5,600 bases of DNA, taken from a virus. The stretch is from the IMG/VR virus record IMGVR_UViG_3300034036_000005, positions 1-5,600 of that record; one strand, 5' to 3'. Positions within the stretch are counted from its first letter, which is position 1. Each line of letters starts with the position of its first letter. Both the position numbers and the translations under genes were made by a program. The notes below the pieces were generated by a model. That model was not told where the DNA came from, did no database searches, and saw only the letters and a list, made by a program, of their open reading frames with translations. This document shows, in pieces, positions 5,048 to 5,600 of this stretch.

Positions 5048-5192
5048 TTTAAAACTCCTGTGGTTTTCGAAGTCAGCATTTTATGACAGTAATTATTTGT
5101 TGACTAGGTAAGCATCTTATGACTAGACTTCGCGCAGTCATAAAAGTATGACTAGCCGTTTTCGGCAAACTTAACCTAAAGAGGTCAAAAAA
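5048..5192. promoter_or_regulatory. Divergent promoter/operator region between the HTH regulator gene and the gV-like operon.
   Basis: TATGACTAG is exact at 5118..5126 and 5147..5155, and TGACTAG also occurs at 5101..5107. AGCATyTTATGAC occurs at 5075..5087 and 5111..5123. An 8-bp inverted repeat pairs TTATGACT (5117..5124) with AGTCATAA (5136..5143). A candidate + strand promoter has TTGACT (5100..5105), an 18-nt spacer and TAGACT (5124..5129). The SD AAGAGG (5179..5184) precedes ATG 5193. Confidence 0.6.
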
Positions 5193-5483
5193 ATGCAAGT
5201 GAAATTTCAGATTTTCGGTTTTAAAGTGATTCCCTACAAAAATAAAAAAGGCGGCGACGATAAAATGATCGTTTATCAGGCTTTGATGGAAGCCGATGGC
5301 GACCGCCCCGCGGGCATATGTGAGTTGATGTTGCCTAAAGAGCACCCCGAATGTATCCCTGGTTATTATTTTGGTGAGCTCACCCCCGTAATTGGTTTTG
5401 CTGATAAGCGCGGGGGCGGTGCTTATACAAAAATGACGCCTCGGCCTGCTCCGGCCGCTGTTCCTCCTCCTGCTGCAAAATAA
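5193..5483 (+). CDS. gV-like ssDNA-binding protein (96 aa).
   Basis: A good SD (AAGAGG) lies 8 nt upstream. It is small and is the first gene of the structural operon. By eye it resembles Ff gV in layout: an MxVK start, a basic Gly-containing loop (KNKKGG), a mid-protein YQAL / CELML beta-like segment, and PGYY where Ff gV has PGLY. A C-terminal Pro/Ala tail (PRPAPAAVPPPAAK) follows. The similarity is judged by eye and is not an alignment score. Confidence 0.6.
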   Translation: MQVKFQIFGFKVIPYKNKKGGDDKMIVYQALMEADGDRPAGICELMLPKEHPECIPGYYFGELTPVIGFADKRGGGAYTKMTPRPAPAAVPPPAAK

Positions 5484-5485
5484 TC

Positions 5486-5600
5486 ATGGCCGCGCTTGAC
5501 GCTGCTGTGATATCCGCTAACCAGCTTGGTGCACGTGCCGGGCTGGTTTGTCACAAGGTCGTGCTTCTGAAAGGGCGCTCCGTGTATGTGATTTATCGCG
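5486..5600 (+). CDS. 5' part of the 63-aa junction-spanning hypothetical ORF (same gene as 1..171).
   Basis: ATG 5486 lies 2 nt after TAA 5481..5483 of the gV-like gene. The frame stays open to the window end and continues in frame at position 1, because 5507 corresponds to 1 and 5507 minus 5486 is 21. Confidence 0.5.
   Translation, partial: MAALDAAVISANQLGARAGLVCHKVVLLKGRSVYVIYR
5507..5600. repeat. Right copy of the exact 94-nt terminal redundancy (identical to 1..94).
   Basis: Identical by direct comparison. See the feature at 1..94. Confidence 0.93.

Noticed and set aside
1-5600. tRNA, rRNA, CRISPR arrays, IS elements and integrons.
   Set aside because: I saw no cloverleaf-like segments, no regularly spaced direct repeats with spacers, no terminal inverted repeats flanking a transposase-like ORF and no recombinase ORF.

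Overview
The window looks like one complete, circularly permuted genome of a small filamentous ssDNA phage (Inoviridae-like). Positions 1..94 are identical to 5507..5600, so the unit length is 5506 nt, and one ORF reads in frame across that junction. On the + strand there is a tightly packed morphogenesis block, with ATGA start/stop overlaps. In order it encodes a gV-like ssDNA-binding protein (5193..5483), a 63-aa ORF spanning the junction (5486 through to 171), and an 81-aa membrane protein (168..413). Next come a textbook pVIII-like major coat protein (410..604) followed by a UUCG-loop rho-independent terminator, then a Cys-rich pIII-like adsorption protein (687..2003). The block ends with a pVI-like hydrophobic protein (2004..2306) and a Zot/pI-type assembly ATPase (2303..3469). 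After a structured non-coding region comes a rolling-circle Rep with all three HUH-superfamily motifs, including a two-tyrosine YxxKY motif (ORF 3587..4483). The main non-core element is a minus-strand, AT-rich module between rep and the gV-like gene. It holds an XRE/Cro-like HTH protein with a hydrophobic C-terminus (4646..5047) and, 3 nt after its stop, a 59-aa ORF absent from the supplied track (4463..4642). That ORF converges on rep and overlaps its 3' end by 21 nt. The divergent intergenic region 5048..5192 carries an array of TTATGAC / TATGACTAG repeats that look like operators. I found no pIV-like secretin, integrase, transposase, tRNA or CRISPR array. All functional calls rest on motif, topology and gene-order reasoning by eye, because no database search was possible.
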